From: Bacillota bacterium
Lineage (GTDB): Bacteria; Patescibacteriota; Patescibacteriia; Patescibacteriales; UBA12465
Direction of reading: 5' to 3'
Assembly: GCA_050259635.1 (NCBI GenBank)
Contig: JBLNBA010000001.1
Span: 7,329-71,328 of the forward strand
Length of the DNA stretch: 64,000 bases
Shown: positions 49,941-58,670 of the stretch, in pieces
Numbering within the stretch: the stretch's first letter is position 1
Layout: every line of letters starts with the position of its first letter
The notes under the pieces: model-generated
Databases searched by the model: none
What the model was told of the DNA's origin: nothing
What the model saw: only the letters and a program-made list of their open reading frames with translations
Made by a program: the position numbers and the translations under genes

Positions 49941-50084
49941 ATGATAAGTGAAAAGAAAAGCACGAAGAAGGTTGCGCCGAAAACGGCCGCAAAAAAGACC
50001 CGTGAACAGATAGAAGAGATGTTTTCTTTTGATTTTAGCTGTGACTGTGGCCATTGCGCGAATAAGTGCGGAGAAGAAAAGTAA
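49941..50084 (+). CDS. possible small Lys-rich / Cys-rich protein (47 aa)
   Basis: Hand-found ORF between two tRNAs: MISEKKSTKKVAPKTAAKKTREQIEEMFSFDFSCDCGHCANKCGEEK. No obvious SD; coding status unproven. Confidence 0.3.
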   Translation: MISEKKSTKKVAPKTAAKKTREQIEEMFSFDFSCDCGHCANKCGEEK

Positions 50085-50111
50085 AGAAATTCCCTTCATA
50101 GAAGGGATTAT

Positions 50112-50186
50112 GGTGCCTATGGTTTAATGGTAGAACGGCGGGTTGTGGTCCCGCTAGCCTGGGTTCGATTCCCAGTAGGCACCCCA
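50112..50186 (+). tRNA. tRNA-His (anticodon GTG) with encoded G-1 and CCA
   Basis: GGTGCCTATGGTTTAATGGTAGAACGGCGGGTTGTGGTCCCGCTAGCCTGGGTTCGATTCCCAGTAGGCACCCCA. Anticodon loop TTGTGGT; the extra 5' G pairs with C73. Confidence 0.9.
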
Positions 50187-50192
50187 TAAAAT

Positions 50193-50363
50193 ATGAAGAA
50201 TAACATTAAAATAGGTCTTTACGCTTTATTAATATTATTTGGAGTATTTATTTTTGTTTACGGTGGTTATGATGATAGTCCTGGGGCGCAATTACTGGGG
50301 GTCCTGGCGGTTGCCGGCGGTATCATTGGGATTGTGAAAACTACTAAAAAACAAAGACCATAA
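50193..50363 (+). CDS. possible small two-TM membrane protein (56 aa)
   Basis: Hand-found ORF MKNNIKIGLYALLILFGVFIFVYGGYDDSPGAQLLGVLAVAGGIIGIVKTTKKQRP, followed by a terminator. Confidence 0.35.
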   Translation: MKNNIKIGLYALLILFGVFIFVYGGYDDSPGAQLLGVLAVAGGIIGIVKTTKKQRP

Positions 50364-50403
50364 TCAAGGATCATTTTTTGTTAATTTACGAAAAAATTAA
50401 TAT

Positions 50404-50426
50404 ACCTCCAAAAAGGAGGTTTTTTA
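50404..50426 (+). terminator. intrinsic terminator
   Basis: acctcc-aaaaa-ggaggt hairpin followed by TTTTT. Confidence 0.6.
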
Positions 50427-50442
50427 AATACTCTGGCAGTGG

Positions 50443-50471
50443 TTGACATTTCTTTAATAATGTGATATACT
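50443..50471 (+). promoter_or_regulatory. near-consensus promoter TTGACA-17-TATACT with TG extension
   Basis: TTGACA at 50443-50448, TG at 50463-50464, TATACT at 50466-50471, 40 nt upstream of the ATG at 50512. Confidence 0.6.
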
Positions 50472-50511
50472 GAAGGCAGTAATTTAACAAGTTAAACAAA
50501 CCAACACCGTC

Positions 50512-50922
50512 ATGGAAGCAGAAGAAGTATGTATAACAACGCCAAGCTACAAAGAAATTGGCTCTTTTGAGGGCGTATTACTAAAAGTGCCATCGATAGA
50601 TGACATCTACATGAAATGGATCAGTAAGCACAAATTTAATGGTCGCGAAATTCCCGGCCATTATCGACGCGGCGACCTAATCGATGGCAAATTAGCCATA
50701 ACCAGAAATTTCTATACAATCGACGCGCAGGAAGAATCAAGAAATTTGGTCGCTGATATAAAAATATTTCGGAAAACGACCGAAAACGGCAATACGATTT
50801 TAATTGATATCCAGCCATCAAAGAAAATGACTGCTTCATTCCGACTAAAGCTCGGTTCGCCAGGGCGGAGCAATATCCGGATTCCGGGAACAAATAAATA
50901 TATTGTCTTGGAATCGATATAG
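50512..50922 (+). CDS. hypothetical protein (136 aa)
   Basis: ORF behind a near-consensus promoter; no family recognised. Confidence 0.5.
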   Translation: MEAEEVCITTPSYKEIGSFEGVLLKVPSIDDIYMKWISKHKFNGREIPGHYRRGDLIDGKLAITRNFYTIDAQEESRNLVADIKIFRKTTENGNTILIDIQPSKKMTASFRLKLGSPGRSNIRIPGTNKYIVLESI

Positions 50923-51026
50923 CAAAGATACAACTTATAAGGAGTCAGCTAGTCTGGTTCCTTTTTCATTTTCAAAAAACTCTTTATTTGCTATTATGGT
51001 CTTGCGGATAAAAGATTAAATTTATA

Positions 51027-51206
51027 ATGTCTCAGCCGGCCGGAAACGAATCGACCGAATTTAAAACCCGGTATAACTACCGGGTTTTTGATTTGGTCAT
51101 CTTGGCTATAGGAATAGGATTTGGCTATTATCAGATAATAATTTTAAACAAAAAGTATACGCATCCCAAAATAGAAGCGTTTTTATTAAAAAAAGGCTAT
51201 AATTAA
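51027..51206 (+). CDS. possible small membrane protein (59 aa)
   Basis: Hand-found ORF MSQPAGNESTEFKTRYNYRVFDLVILAIGIGFGYYQIIILNKKYTHPKIEAFLLKKGYN. TGCTATTAT lies upstream (about 50989). Confidence 0.25.
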   Translation: MSQPAGNESTEFKTRYNYRVFDLVILAIGIGFGYYQIIILNKKYTHPKIEAFLLKKGYN

Positions 51207-51231
51207 AATATAGTATAATTGTTGTCGTCAT

Positions 51232-51987
51232 ATGAAAAAAATCCATAGCCAGCGCGTTATATTCTTTAGTCTTCTTTCTTTAATCTTCTTTGCAACCGCC
51301 CTTGTGCCCTTCATGTATCGCGGAGGTTTCATAGGTTTGTCCGAGGAACCGGCGGAAGCGATCACTATTGCCATCCTCATGACTGCCGCTTTTGCGGTCA
51401 ACTCTCTGTGCCTTAAAGAATATTGGCGCCTTCACCGCTACCAAGTGAATTTGGAAGACCGCTTACAGGATACATTCAAATATATAGGTTCGGTTAATCT
51501 GCAGATGGAGGAAATGAGACAGGCGTTTAGCAATATTAAAAAATATCCGGAAAACAAGAAGGATATCCGGGCTGTATTTTCATACTTCGGAGAGAAAATC
51601 TTAGGGATGATAAACGCCGATTGGGTTATCATCCGGGTAGTCGACATGATGACGCAACGCACCATCAGAGAAGATCGTTATGCGCGAAACAAGCAAACGG
51701 TTGATTGCGGAAAGATAGAAAACAGCGAGCTTTTATCTGGAAGATGCAAGGATGAGCGTTATACGATTATTAAAACCGAACAAGACAATATCAGCTTTAA
51801 GACCTTCTGTGTCATTCCGACTAAGTTAGCGAACCGTGACCAGGAGTTCTTCATACGGTCCATTATTAATCAGTTAGAGATGCTTTATCTAGTCTTTTCA
51901 TCCCTTAATAAAAATGGTTTAGGAAATCGCTTGGAGGCTCCTATGGCGGAATCCGAACCCGTTACGCGTGATAATAATAATAAATAA
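51232..51987 (+). CDS. hypothetical membrane protein (2 TM + cytoplasmic domain, 251 aa)
   Basis: Two N-terminal hydrophobic helices, a coiled-coil-like linker and a roughly 130-aa globular region. No family recognised. Confidence 0.5.
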   Translation: MKKIHSQRVIFFSLLSLIFFATALVPFMYRGGFIGLSEEPAEAITIAILMTAAFAVNSLCLKEYWRLHRYQVNLEDRLQDTFKYIGSVNLQMEEMRQAFSNIKKYPENKKDIRAVFSYFGEKILGMINADWVIIRVVDMMTQRTIREDRYARNKQTVDCGKIENSELLSGRCKDERYTIIKTEQDNISFKTFCVIPTKLANRDQEFFIRSIINQLEMLYLVFSSLNKNGLGNRLEAPMAESEPVTRDNNNK

Positions 51988-51989
51988 AT

Positions 51990-52280
51990 ATGCCAAGCAA
52001 GAAGACAAAAGCCGGCGCTAAGGCTACCGGCAAATCCAAAAATGACAGTGGTTTCGAAGAAATGAAAATCACCGGCCGGGAGCTGGTGGAAAAGATCAAG
52101 GAATTGATAAAGGAAGGAAATGTAAGGAGAATAATAATCAAGAATGAACGCGGCAAAGTAATGATGGAAATTCCGGTGACCGTCGCTGTCGTAGGAGCGG
52201 TGTTCGCTCCAGTGTTGGCTGCCATTGGAGCATTAGCGGCATTGCTAAATAAAGGAAGTATAGTGGTTGAGAAAAAATAA
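51990..52280 (+). CDS. DUF4342-like protein
   Basis: ELVEKIKELIKEGNVRRIIIKNERGKVMMEIPVTVAVVGAVFAPVLAAIGALAALL resembles the DUF4342 pattern. Starts 2 nt after the previous stop. Confidence 0.6.
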   Translation: MPSKKTKAGAKATGKSKNDSGFEEMKITGRELVEKIKELIKEGNVRRIIIKNERGKVMMEIPVTVAVVGAVFAPVLAAIGALAALLNKGSIVVEKK

Positions 52281-52295
52281 CTGGGAGGTTTAAAA

Positions 52296-52320
52296 AAAGA
52301 GCGCTTGATAGCGCTCTTTT
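52296..52320. terminator. bidirectional intrinsic terminator
   Basis: aaagagcgc-ttgata-gcgctcttt hairpin between convergent genes. Confidence 0.7.
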
Positions 52321-52329
52321 ATATTTGCT

Positions 52330-53700
52330 TTAAGCTTTTTCGATCAATGACAGCACCTCGTCCCGCCGCTTATCCATCGTAGCCTGGTCTAAGGCTTCGA
52401 GATTGAGCCTTACCTTATCCTCAGTATTCGATGCTCGTACATTAAACCAGAAGTCGGGATATGAGATGCTGATTCCATCAAGCCGGTTGATTTCGGCGTC
52501 TTGGTATTTTTCTTCTAAAAGTGCGAATACCGCCGCTTTATCTTTCACTGATCTGTTAATCTCGCCTGAATGGGAATAGCGGCGATAGGGTTTGAGAAAA
52601 TTAGATATTTTATCACCTTTAGAAAATTCAGCTAATAATTTGCCAATCATGATAATTGGCATTTCAAAGCAACCGATAGAAAGGTTGAGAAAGAAGTGGC
52701 CGGATGATTCGCCGGCAAAATAGGCATCTTCTGAAATCATCTGTTCCTTGATCAGTGAGTGCCCGACTCTGCTTAAAACCGGTATTCCGCCCGCTTCACG
52801 GATGAGATCTACAGTTATTTTGCCGGGGCGGACATCGTAACAGATTTTGCTGCCGGGGCGTTCAGCCAAAAAGATGCGAGCTAGCAAGCCACGGATAATC
52901 GACGGGTCTATCACTTCGCCTTTTTCATCCACGAAGAAAACCCGATCGCCGTCACCGTCGGTGGCGATGCCGAGATCAGCTTGCTCTTTGATGACTGCAT
53001 TTGAAAGCTGCTGCAGATTTTCCTTTTTTAAAGGATCTGCTTCATGAGCCGGGAAAGAGCCGTCTAATTCAAAATTCAGCTTGACCAATTCTGCGGGTAA
53101 TCGGGAGAATAGAAGCTCGAGGTATTGCGCCCCCATGCTGTTGGCAGCGTCAGCCACAATCTTGAAAGGCTTGATGGCAGTAACGTCGATATGGATGAGA
53201 TCATGGTGTAATTGCGCCGCTGCCGTGCCCTGTATCGATTGAATAGACCCGGTTCCCATGGGGAAGTTCTTTTCTTCGATGCAGGTTTTCAACCATTGGA
53301 TACCGCTTTCACCGCTTATCGGCTTGCTTTTCTCTCGTACCAGTTTGAAACCGTTCCATTCTTTCGGGTTATGGGAAGCCGACACCATAATCCCTCCGTC
53401 AGCCTCATTCGCTGAGACGGCATAGTAAAAAGCCGGAGTAGATAAAAGGCCGGCGTCTAGTACGTCCGCGCCGGAGGCGACCAAGCCATCGATTAAACAC
53501 TGGCAAAGCTCTGGCGAGGTCAGCCGCATATCGCGGGCCACCACGATTCTGAGTTTGTTTGTCAGGCCATCCCTTTGGCGTAAGGCTACATAGGCTTGGC
53601 CGAGATCGTGTGCAAAAGCAGCATCGAAATCTTGGCCTACTATACCCCTTATATCATAGGCCTTGAAAATAGAGGGAAGAAACATATTATTTTTTGGCAA
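52330..53700 (-). CDS. phosphomannomutase/phosphoglucomutase (alpha-D-phosphohexomutase family)
   Basis: Active-site SASHNPKEWNG, metal loop TDGDGDRVFF and sugar-binding GESSGHFF. Confidence 0.88.
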   Translation of the reverse strand: MPKNNMFLPSIFKAYDIRGIVGQDFDAAFAHDLGQAYVALRQRDGLTNKLRIVVARDMRLTSPELCQCLIDGLVASGADVLDAGLLSTPAFYYAVSANEADGGIMVSASHNPKEWNGFKLVREKSKPISGESGIQWLKTCIEEKNFPMGTGSIQSIQGTAAAQLHHDLIHIDVTAIKPFKIVADAANSMGAQYLELLFSRLPAELVKLNFELDGSFPAHEADPLKKENLQQLSNAVIKEQADLGIATDGDGDRVFFVDEKGEVIDPSIIRGLLARIFLAERPGSKICYDVRPGKITVDLIREAGGIPVLSRVGHSLIKEQMISEDAYFAGESSGHFFLNLSIGCFEMPIIMIGKLLAEFSKGDKISNFLKPYRRYSHSGEINRSVKDKAAVFALLEEKYQDAEINRLDGISISYPDFWFNVRASNTEDKVRLNLEALDQATMDKRRDEVLSLIEKA

Positions 53701-54811
53701 ATAAGCGCAGGAAGGCGCCCAGGCCTATGCAGGTAGCGACTACCGAGAAAAGCCAGCCAATGTAAGGAATAGCAAAGAGCAGCCAGGCAATGATACAGCC
53801 TATAACTAGTCCAAACGTCAGTTGTCGGTCGCTATCATCATTACGAGATATTCTTTTCACAATCGCCTGTCCAAGGAATATTGCAGCGATTACTTTCCCT
53901 ACCCAGAACATGATTAGCCAAAGGGCAAAGAGAATAAGGGCGAGCGGTGCGCCGATGATCGTGAAAGCCAGCATCAAACAGACTAAGGGTATGGCCAGGA
54001 AAGAAAGGATTCCCGAAATGATCGTGGTCCCGGCCTTGCTTTGCATTAATTCTATCATTTGTTTGGCGATTTTGCGTCCTGGCTTTATAATGACAAGTCC
54101 GATGACGATCGCGGCAAAAATGGAATAAATGAGGCCCCAGAGTTTTCCGCTACTATCCGCCTCTGCTGGCTTCCATTCTTTTTTGGCAATACTGCCGGCG
54201 ACCGTGGCCCCCTCCTGGATAGTGAGATTTGAAGACTCAAAATATTTAAGATCACCATTAACTAAAGCTTCCGGTGCGAGGGTGATAGTCCGGCCCTCTC
54301 GGTTTCCGTACCAGTCGAAATTACGGCCGATTTTGCCGGAGAGGATTACGCTGTCTCCGTCACCCATGACATTACCGGCAATAGTGCCGGCGATATCCGT
54401 GCTCACCGCGGCTGTTACCAGGTCCCAACCGATTTTAGCCTCCTTACCGATTGAAATAGAGTTCCCGATATAATTAACATTACGGGCCACTGGGCCTTCA
54501 ATACGGGCACTGTTTGCGGCGATTCGGATATTGCCATTTACTTCCCCGTTCACGGTAATAGTCTGGGCGGCAGCAATGAGGTCGCCCTCCAGCCGTCCGT
54601 TCACGGTAATAGTCTGGGCGGCAGCAATGAGGTCGCCTTTTATTTCTCCGTCAATCGTGATATTGTTTCCGGCGGCATACAGGTTCCCATCTACGGTTTG
54701 TCCGGAAGGAAGGTAGACGCTATTTTGCGTCTTGATTTCAGCAGCGCTGGCGGCTGCCGGGATCGCCAAGAGGGCTAAGAAGGCGATGAAGAGGCTTTTA
54801 GCTTTGGTCAT
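53687..54811 (-). CDS. signal-peptide protein with bactofilin-like beta-helix repeats and a C-terminal multi-TM domain
   Basis: Start moved to MTKAKSLFIAFLALLAIPAAASA (ATG 54809-54811). Repeats GDLIAAAQTITVNGRLEGDLIAAAQTITVNGEVNGNIRIAAN.. are followed by 4-5 TM helices. Confidence 0.55.
   Translation of the reverse strand: MTKAKSLFIAFLALLAIPAAASAAEIKTQNSVYLPSGQTVDGNLYAAGNNITIDGEIKGDLIAAAQTITVNGRLEGDLIAAAQTITVNGEVNGNIRIAANSARIEGPVARNVNYIGNSISIGKEAKIGWDLVTAAVSTDIAGTIAGNVMGDGDSVILSGKIGRNFDWYGNREGRTITLAPEALVNGDLKYFESSNLTIQEGATVAGSIAKKEWKPAEADSSGKLWGLIYSIFAAIVIGLVIIKPGRKIAKQMIELMQSKAGTTIISGILSFLAIPLVCLMLAFTIIGAPLALILFALWLIMFWVGKVIAAIFLGQAIVKRISRNDDSDRQLTFGLVIGCIIAWLLFAIPYIGWLFSVVATCIGLGAFLRLFAKK
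54546..54637. repeat. tandem 51-nt duplication inside the CDS (41 nt identical per unit)
   Basis: ccgttcacggtaatagtctgggcggcagcaatgaggtcgcc occurs at 54546-54586 and again at 54597-54637, giving the duplicated peptide GDLIAAAQTITVNG. Confidence 0.9.
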
Positions 54812-54866
54812 AATAAAAAAATTACAAATATTTGCTATAATTATAAGGCTATTATAACCCATTAAG

Positions 54867-56453
54867 ATGTCCACGGCAATCAATAAATTAATATTAGAAG
54901 CGGTCAGCACGGTGGAAACCCGTGATGATTTATCTGCTCTCAAACGAAAAATCTGTAAGGAATATAAGCTTCATTCTATCCAGAATACCGAAATAATCCG
55001 CGAATATAAGGAAATGATTAAATCAGGACTCATTGATGGAAATCTGCCATTGGAAATGCTTTTGCGAAAGCGGTCAGTAAGGACAATGTCGGGGATTGCG
55101 CCGGTAGCGGTCTTATCCAAACCATATCCCTGCCCTGGAACTTGCGCTTATTGTCCTCGGCTCACAGGTGTCCCGGTAAGTTATCTGCCTAATGAGCCTG
55201 CGGTGATGCGTGCAATCCGATGCAAATATGATCCTTATGAACAGGTGCGGACCCGTTTGCGTTCACTTGAGGACAATGGTCATAGGCCGGAGAAGATTGA
55301 ACTGATCGTAATCGGTGGGACGTGGAGTTATCTGCCTGATAAATATAAATTTTGGTATGTCGCAAACTGTTTCAAGGCTGCCAATGAATTCAATTCAGGC
55401 AAAGAAAGCAGAGCGATGCCTAAAAATTACAGCTTAGCCAAATTAAAGGCTATATTGCTCACCGAACAATCAAAGAATGAGAATGCTAGGTATCGAGTTA
55501 TTGGTCTAACTTTAGAGACGAGGCCGGATTATGTTAGTGAGAAAGAGGCACTGCAAATGCGAGTTTTGGGTTGTACTCGGGTTGAGATCGGCGTGCAGGC
55601 CGTGGACGACGATATTTTAAGGTTAAATAAGCGCGGGCATGGAGTGGATGCGATTGCCCAGGCAACCACACTTCTGAAGAGGTATGGATTTAAAGTTACC
55701 TATCATCTTATGCCTGGCTTGCCCGGGTCAAGCGCTAAGAAAGACCTGATAATGTTCAAGCAGATATTTTCCGACAGCCGCTTCCAGCCTGATCAGATCA
55801 AATTCTATCCAACAGTGGTTACCGAGGGGAGCCTGCTGTTTAAATGGTATAAGGAAGGAAAATATAAGCCGTATAGTGATAACCAGCTAATAAGGCTTAT
55901 TATTGCCTGCAAAGAATCCGTGCCGCGTTATGTTCGGATAATCCGGTTAATCCGCGACATCCCGGCCGAATCTATTATTGCCGGCAATAAGGATACGAAT
56001 CTTAGGCAGTTGGTGCAAAAACAGGGCGTCCATTGTTCGTGTATTCGTTGCCGCGAACCTAAAGAAGGCGTTCTTATCGGCCCGATGTCTATAAATATCC
56101 AAAGGTACCAGGCATCTTTAGGCGAAGAAGTGTTTATCAGTTTCGATAGCACGGACGGTAAGACGTTGTATGGTTTTTGTCGATTGCGTATCGATCCGGC
56201 AAGTCAGGTTGCGCCAGCGATTATCCGGGAACTTCATGTTTATGGTGAATTAGCTCCTATCGGTACGCAAAAAACCGTCCAACATCGCGGCTTAGGCAGA
56301 AAGCTGCTAGCCCATGCTGAAGAGATAGCTATCCAATCAGGAGCGCAAAACATCGCTGTGATATCAGGCGTTGGAGTAAGGGGCTATTATCGTAAGAATG
56401 GCTATCGTTTAAAGGGCGGATATATGTGTAAAAAGTTAATAAATAAAGCCTGA
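54867..56453 (+). CDS. Elp3-like radical SAM + GNAT acetyltransferase (tRNA U34 carboxymethylation enzyme family)
   Basis: Radical-SAM cluster CPGTCAYCP, ELP3-type TIM region (RVEIGVQAVDDDILRLNKRGH), and C-terminal GNAT with IRELHVYG and QHRGLGRKLL. Confidence 0.8.
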   Translation: MSTAINKLILEAVSTVETRDDLSALKRKICKEYKLHSIQNTEIIREYKEMIKSGLIDGNLPLEMLLRKRSVRTMSGIAPVAVLSKPYPCPGTCAYCPRLTGVPVSYLPNEPAVMRAIRCKYDPYEQVRTRLRSLEDNGHRPEKIELIVIGGTWSYLPDKYKFWYVANCFKAANEFNSGKESRAMPKNYSLAKLKAILLTEQSKNENARYRVIGLTLETRPDYVSEKEALQMRVLGCTRVEIGVQAVDDDILRLNKRGHGVDAIAQATTLLKRYGFKVTYHLMPGLPGSSAKKDLIMFKQIFSDSRFQPDQIKFYPTVVTEGSLLFKWYKEGKYKPYSDNQLIRLIIACKESVPRYVRIIRLIRDIPAESIIAGNKDTNLRQLVQKQGVHCSCIRCREPKEGVLIGPMSINIQRYQASLGEEVFISFDSTDGKTLYGFCRLRIDPASQVAPAIIRELHVYGELAPIGTQKTVQHRGLGRKLLAHAEEIAIQSGAQNIAVISGVGVRGYYRKNGYRLKGGYMCKKLINKA

Positions 56454-56507
56454 AAATGAAATTTAACGTTTTTGACAAACGAACGCGGCTAAACTAAGAT
56501 AAAGGTT

Positions 56508-57752
56508 ATGGGCACACAACAAATTATTACCGGTGACATCACCGTAGACGAGATTATTAGAAGAGAAGGCGAACGCCAGGAGAACGAACTGGAGCTGATC
56601 GCTTCGGAAAACTACGCCTCTCCGGCTGTCCGAGCGGCATTGTCGTCTGCTTTAACTAATAAATATAGCGAAGGTTATCCCGGAAAGAGATATTACGGCG
56701 GCAATGCGATAATCGATGAGATGGAAGAATTGGCCATAAGTCGCTTGAAGAAACTTTTTTCGGCGGAACATGCCAACGTCCAGCCTCTTTCAGGTTCTCC
56801 TGCTAACGCTGCAGTATATATGGCCTTCCTTGAGCCTGGCGATAAGGTCTTGGGATTGAGACTAGACCATGGCGGCCACCTGTCACACGGGCATAAGGTA
56901 AACTTTTCCGGAAGATTATATAACTTCATCCAATATGGTCTTGATCCGAAAACCGGGCGGATCGATATGGAAGAAGTAAGGCGGATTGCTCTAGCCGAAA
57001 AACCAAAGATGATCGTTGCCGGTTTTAGTGCATATTCGCGTGAAATCGATTGGGCGCGTTTCCAAGAGATTGCAGACGAAATCGGAGCTTATACTTTTGC
57101 CGACATCGCCCATATCGCCGGCCTTATCGCCGGCAAACAGTTGGCTAACCCCGTCCCTTTGTTCGATGTGGTTTCAACTACGACGCACAAAACTCTGAGA
57201 GGACCCAGGGGGGCAGTCATAATGTGCAAGGAGATTTATGCCAAACAGGTGGATCGAGCGGTATTCCCGGGGATGCAGGGCGGCCCTCATGATAATGTAA
57301 CGGCGGCTAAAGCGGTAGCGTTTGGTGAAGCCTTGAAGCCAGAATTCCAGCGATATGCCAAGCAGGTGATCGATAATGCGCGGGCTTTAGTTCAGGCTCT
57401 CATTAATAAGGCCTATACCGTCGTCTCGGGTGGAACTGATAACCATTTATTTGTAATCGACCTCTCATCTAAGGGTCTTGCCGGGAAAGAGGCAGAAATT
57501 GCTCTGGAGGCAGTGGGTATTTCCGTTTCCCGTTCCACTGTACCGGATGATCCGAACCCGCCTATGAATCCGTCCGGGGTGCGTATCGGCACGCCATCCG
57601 TGACCACGAGAGGCATGAAGGAAGCTGATATGTATGAGATAGCCGATATTATCGATGAGGCTATAAGTAATCGGAACGAGCCGGAGAAGTTGGCGGCATT
57701 AAAACTGAGGACAAGGAATCTTTGCCGGCGTTATCCGGTCTATATTAAATAA
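56508..57752 (+). CDS. glyA: serine hydroxymethyltransferase
   Basis: LELIASENYASPAV, YSEGYPGKRYYGG, and the PLP-lysine region VVSTTTHKTLRGPRG. Confidence 0.92.
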   Translation: MGTQQIITGDITVDEIIRREGERQENELELIASENYASPAVRAALSSALTNKYSEGYPGKRYYGGNAIIDEMEELAISRLKKLFSAEHANVQPLSGSPANAAVYMAFLEPGDKVLGLRLDHGGHLSHGHKVNFSGRLYNFIQYGLDPKTGRIDMEEVRRIALAEKPKMIVAGFSAYSREIDWARFQEIADEIGAYTFADIAHIAGLIAGKQLANPVPLFDVVSTTTHKTLRGPRGAVIMCKEIYAKQVDRAVFPGMQGGPHDNVTAAKAVAFGEALKPEFQRYAKQVIDNARALVQALINKAYTVVSGGTDNHLFVIDLSSKGLAGKEAEIALEAVGISVSRSTVPDDPNPPMNPSGVRIGTPSVTTRGMKEADMYEIADIIDEAISNRNEPEKLAALKLRTRNLCRRYPVYIK

Positions 57753-57757
57753 TTTTT

Positions 57758-58609
57758 ATGCAGATAAACGATAAGGTAATCGACGGCCGCCGACTTTCCG
57801 AAGCGGTTAAGGACGGTATCGTGAAAGAAATTCTAGAGGAGGGCGGAACCCGTCGGCCATCCTTAGCTATTATCTTGGTTGGCGAACGGGCTGATTCCAA
57901 ACTTTATGTTTCATTAAAAGAGCGGGAAGCCAAGAAGGTGGGTATTGATACGCATTTATACGTGCTCGAAGAAGAGATGAGAGAAGATGAACTTCTGGAG
58001 GTTATTAATTTTCTAAATACGGACGTTACGGTTGACGCTATTCTATTACAGCTTCCTCTTCCCTCTCACATGGATGCCGATAAGATGATCGCCGCAATCG
58101 ATCCCCTGAAGGATGCGGACGGGTTCCATCCCCTCCACCCGGAGTATGTTCTTTCCCCGGTGATCGCGGCCGTGGATTATATCGTGAAAGAATATAAGCT
58201 ATCCGGGAAGGCTTGTATTTTTCATCGCTCGGATGTTTTCGGCTCTGCTCTTAAAGAGCACCTGGAAGGAATGGGTTTTTCTGTCGGTTCACGAGCAGTT
58301 TTGCCGGATGCAAATCCTAGCCAAGATAAATTGCTGCGGTCTGAACTCGCCTCGGCCAGCCTTGAGGCTGACCTGGTTGTTACCGCTCTTGGTATCCCCA
58401 TGTTTCTCGATGAAGAATATGTGAAGGAAGGAGCCACGGTTATTGATATCGGTATTAACAATGACCACGGCCACGTACACGGTGATGTTGATTTTACCGG
58501 CGCCGCTAAGAAGGCTAAGTTAATTACGCCCGTGCCGGGAGGTATCGGCCCGATGACTATCGCTTTCTTGTTTAAAAATGTGATGGCAATCTATAAGCAT
58601 CGCCAATAA
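57758..58609 (+). CDS. folD: bifunctional methylenetetrahydrofolate dehydrogenase/cyclohydrolase
   Basis: PSLAIILVGERADSKLYVSLKE, ILLQLPLP, DADGFHP and PVPGGIGPMTIAFL. Confidence 0.9.
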   Translation: MQINDKVIDGRRLSEAVKDGIVKEILEEGGTRRPSLAIILVGERADSKLYVSLKEREAKKVGIDTHLYVLEEEMREDELLEVINFLNTDVTVDAILLQLPLPSHMDADKMIAAIDPLKDADGFHPLHPEYVLSPVIAAVDYIVKEYKLSGKACIFHRSDVFGSALKEHLEGMGFSVGSRAVLPDANPSQDKLLRSELASASLEADLVVTALGIPMFLDEEYVKEGATVIDIGINNDHGHVHGDVDFTGAAKKAKLITPVPGGIGPMTIAFLFKNVMAIYKHRQ

Positions 58610-58635
58610 TAGATAATTAAACGTATGCTTGCGTT

Positions 58636-58655
58636 GAGCCATGCTTGCATGGCTC
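58636..58655 (+). terminator. hairpin between folD and recQ (weak terminator or attenuator)
   Basis: gagccatg-cttg-catggctc perfect 8-bp stem with T-rich sequence after it. It overlaps the ORF-track start of recQ at 58641. Confidence 0.3.
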
Positions 58656-58670
58656 TGCTTGTCTAAAAGG

